Shown here in pieces: positions 61,251 through 64,000 of a stretch of 64,000 bases of DNA; position 1 is the stretch's first letter; each line of letters starts with the position of its first letter. Where the stretch lies: assembly GCA_951406725.2 (NCBI GenBank), contig OX597817.1, positions 13,082,001 to 13,146,000 of the forward strand, given 5' to 3'. Both the position numbers and the translations under genes were made by a program. The notes under the pieces are model-generated. The model did no database searches. It was given only the letters and a program-made list of their open reading frames with translations, and was not told the DNA's origin. This stretch comes from Octopus vulgaris. Its lineage: Eukaryota.

Positions 61251-61737
61251 GTGTGTGTGTGTGTGTACATGCATGTGTGGTGTGATAGGAAGGGCACCAG
61301 CTGTAAAAACCGTGGCAAAACAGACACGAAACTCTGGTGCAGTCTTTTGCCTGACCAGCTCCTGTCAAACCATTCACCCTATGCTAGCATGGAAGGAGGA
61401 CATTAAATGATGACGATGATGATGATGGTGATAAAAGTAAAGACATTACTCTCTCATGTTCTAAAACTCATAGGGCCAGTTATTCAGTTTGCATGGCATG
61501 TAAGTGAGGGAGATCACAACATTCCCACCGAATGAGACGCCAGTCCATTGCAGGGTTTATTCATTTACAACTGAGTGAACTGGAACAATGTGAAATGAAG
61601 CGTCTTGCTCAAGAACACAATGCACAAATCAGTTTGGGAATCGAAACCACAATCTTGCAAGGCCATGCATTTTCACACACACACTGCTACCTCTGCTGCT
61701 GCCCCCACCACCACTACAGGCACACACACACACACAC

Positions 61738-61773
<36 letters not shown>

Positions 61774-62639
61774 GTGCGTGCGTGCGTGTGTGCGTGCGTG
61801 CATGCGTGTGTACGTGTGTGGAGATAATGGTTAGCAGGATTGGTGAGATGAACAAAAATCCTGTCCTGGTATTTGGTCTGTACATTTTACATCTCTTTAT
61901 GCTCAGATCATCTTACAAGATGGTTAAAATAAATACTGGACAAAGAAGTGGGGATAATATAATCAAGAGAAAAAGAGACCTTGAAGATAATGCCCCAGCA
62001 TGACCACAGTCAAATAATGGACACTAAGTAATATGTATATGAGAGAGATGTATTAATTATAAATACAACAGTGATGGTTCATTAATAGCCTACGTTGATT
62101 ATTGACTGTTAAAATATATCTTCAAGAGCAATTAGGTGCAGATTAGGTTAACATATTCAAACTTATTAGTTTAACCAAAGAAATCAAATGATTTGTAAAG
62201 CACATCATAAAAAAGTGAATCTAGGTCAATTATACAAATGCACCATCTATTAAATAGCTTAGCAGCTGATTTCTGCTTTTTATTTCAGGTTTAATTTTAA
62301 TTCTTTCTCACAAAGTAACTTGTTTTACAAATATGTGTTTTGAAACAAAGACAGTTTTTATTGTCAAAACACAAATCATGAAATTAAATATTTTTTTCTT
62401 TTTTACTAACCTGAATATTTTTCGTTAGTTTCCATAACTATTTACAATTAAATGTATTGAAATAGTATTATTGTCACTGGCTAACATGCATTTTTTATGA
62501 CAGAATAGATGAGTGCAAATAGCAATATAATTTCCAGTTGTCCAACAAAGTGATGCATAGCAGACATGAAGAGCATTGACATTTTGAGCTAAAAATAATG
62601 ATTTTTTAGTTCATTTGGAGCCAAAAGATGAGCATATGA

Positions 62640-63060
62640 TAGGCGCAGGAGTGGCTGTGTGGTAAGTAGCTTGCTAACCAACCACATGGTTCCGGGTTCA
62701 GTCCCACTGCGTGGCATCTTGGGCAAGTGTCTTCTGCTATAGCCCCAGGCCGACCAATGCCTTGTGAGTGGATTTGGTAGACGGAAACTGAAAGAAGCCT
62801 GTCATATATATGTATATATATATATGTGTGTGTGTGTGTGTTTGTGTCTGCTGTGTTTGTCCCCCTAGCATTGCTTGACAACCGATGCTGGTGTGTTTAC
62901 GTCCCCGTCACTTAGCGGTTCGGCAAAAAGAGACCGATAGAATAAGTACTGGGCTTACAAAGAATAAGTCCCGGGGTCGAGTTGCTCGACTAAAGGCGGT
63001 GCTCCAGCATGGCCGCAGTCAAATGACTGAAACAAGTAAAAGAATAAAAGAGTAAAAGAA
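62640..63060 (+). mobile_element. SINE family A
   Basis: Full-length copy. Confidence 0.88.
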
Positions 63061-63190
63061 TGTGTGTATGTGTGCGTAGAAAGGAGGTGCATGAAAATGA
63101 TGTGAGAAATATAGTGTAAATGAGGATATAAAGATGAAGCAGATAATGGGGGAAAATTCACATCCAAAATACTGACAGGCAACACATATT

Positions 63191-63580
63191 TCATCATCAT
63201 CATCATCATCGTTCAGCGTCCGTTTTCCATGCTAGCTTGGGTTGGACGGTTCTACTGGGGTCTGTGAAGCCAGAAGGCTTCATCAGGCCCAGTCAAATCT
63301 GGCAGTGTTTCTACGGCTGGATGCCCTTCCTAACGCCAACCACTCCTTGAGTGTAGTGGGTGCTTTTTACGTGCCACCCGCACAGGTGCCAGACGGAGCT
63401 GGCAAACGGCCACGAACGGATGGTGCTTTTTATGTGCCACCGGCACAAGGGCCGGGCGAGGCTGGCAACGGACACGAAACGGGGCAGTGCTGGCAACGGT
63501 CGCGAAACGGAAGGTTCTCTTACATGCCACCGGCACTGGTAACACATCTGCAATTTCCATTGATCGATTTCCATTCTGAT
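63191..63580 (-). mobile_element. Family B retroposon
   Basis: Conserved tail, repeat units and 5' segment. Confidence 0.83.
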
Positions 63581-64000
63581 CCTCACTTGCCTCAACATTT
63601 AGTTGTCTTTAATCTCGTATCATCTTACAGCTGGAATCTAATTTTTGTGAGCTGATCTATTTCTTGGTCTATTATAACTCTAGTTATAAGAAATCAATAT
63701 CCAGCGTTTTCATACAATGTACACCATCTATTATTATTGTGTTCATATGAATAATGCCCCCAGTGACCTTTTTTTTTTTTTTTTTTAATTTATAAACATC
63801 TAGTTTATTTCTCAATTAAGGTACTACTTTAAATTCAATTCTAATGTTTGGGTTAATAGTTTAGTGACTAAAAAGATGAAAATGTTTATGTTGTGGCTTC
63901 AAATTCTGACTCAAATAGGTATCTATCTCTAAAGTATCTCATCCAGAAAATAGAGATTAACTTTCTTTCACAAGAAATTTCAGAAGGGTAACATTGGCTT

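Noticed and set aside
55400-64000. First coding exon or promoter of RUNDC3
   Set aside because: No exon with the expected N-terminal sequence and phase-2 donor could be identified; probably outside the window

Overview
AT-rich, repeat-dense eukaryotic genomic DNA. It is most likely an octopus or other coleoid cephalopod, inferred from the SINE types, microsatellite load and intron sizes, not verified. One protein-coding gene is supported: a RUNDC3 (RPIP8/RUNDC3A/B-like) RUN-domain gene on the minus strand. Nine GT-AG coding exons splice in frame from 54862 down to the stop at 14418; the first coding exon was not found and probably lies beyond the window. The rest is mobile DNA: four SINE or SINE-like families, CR1 and RTE LINE fragments, a decayed hAT (Buster/Charlie) transposon with a perfect 8-bp TSD and four nested insertions, a decayed long-TIR Tc1/mariner element, piggyBac-type and mariner-type MITEs, and long microsatellites. 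The most unusual signal is a set of minimal type I hammerhead-ribozyme motifs of the kind found in Penelope-like elements. These include a divergent inverted pair with a G3-C8 covariant core inside a ~280-bp palindrome in a RUNDC3 intron. No CRISPR array or prokaryotic system is present.
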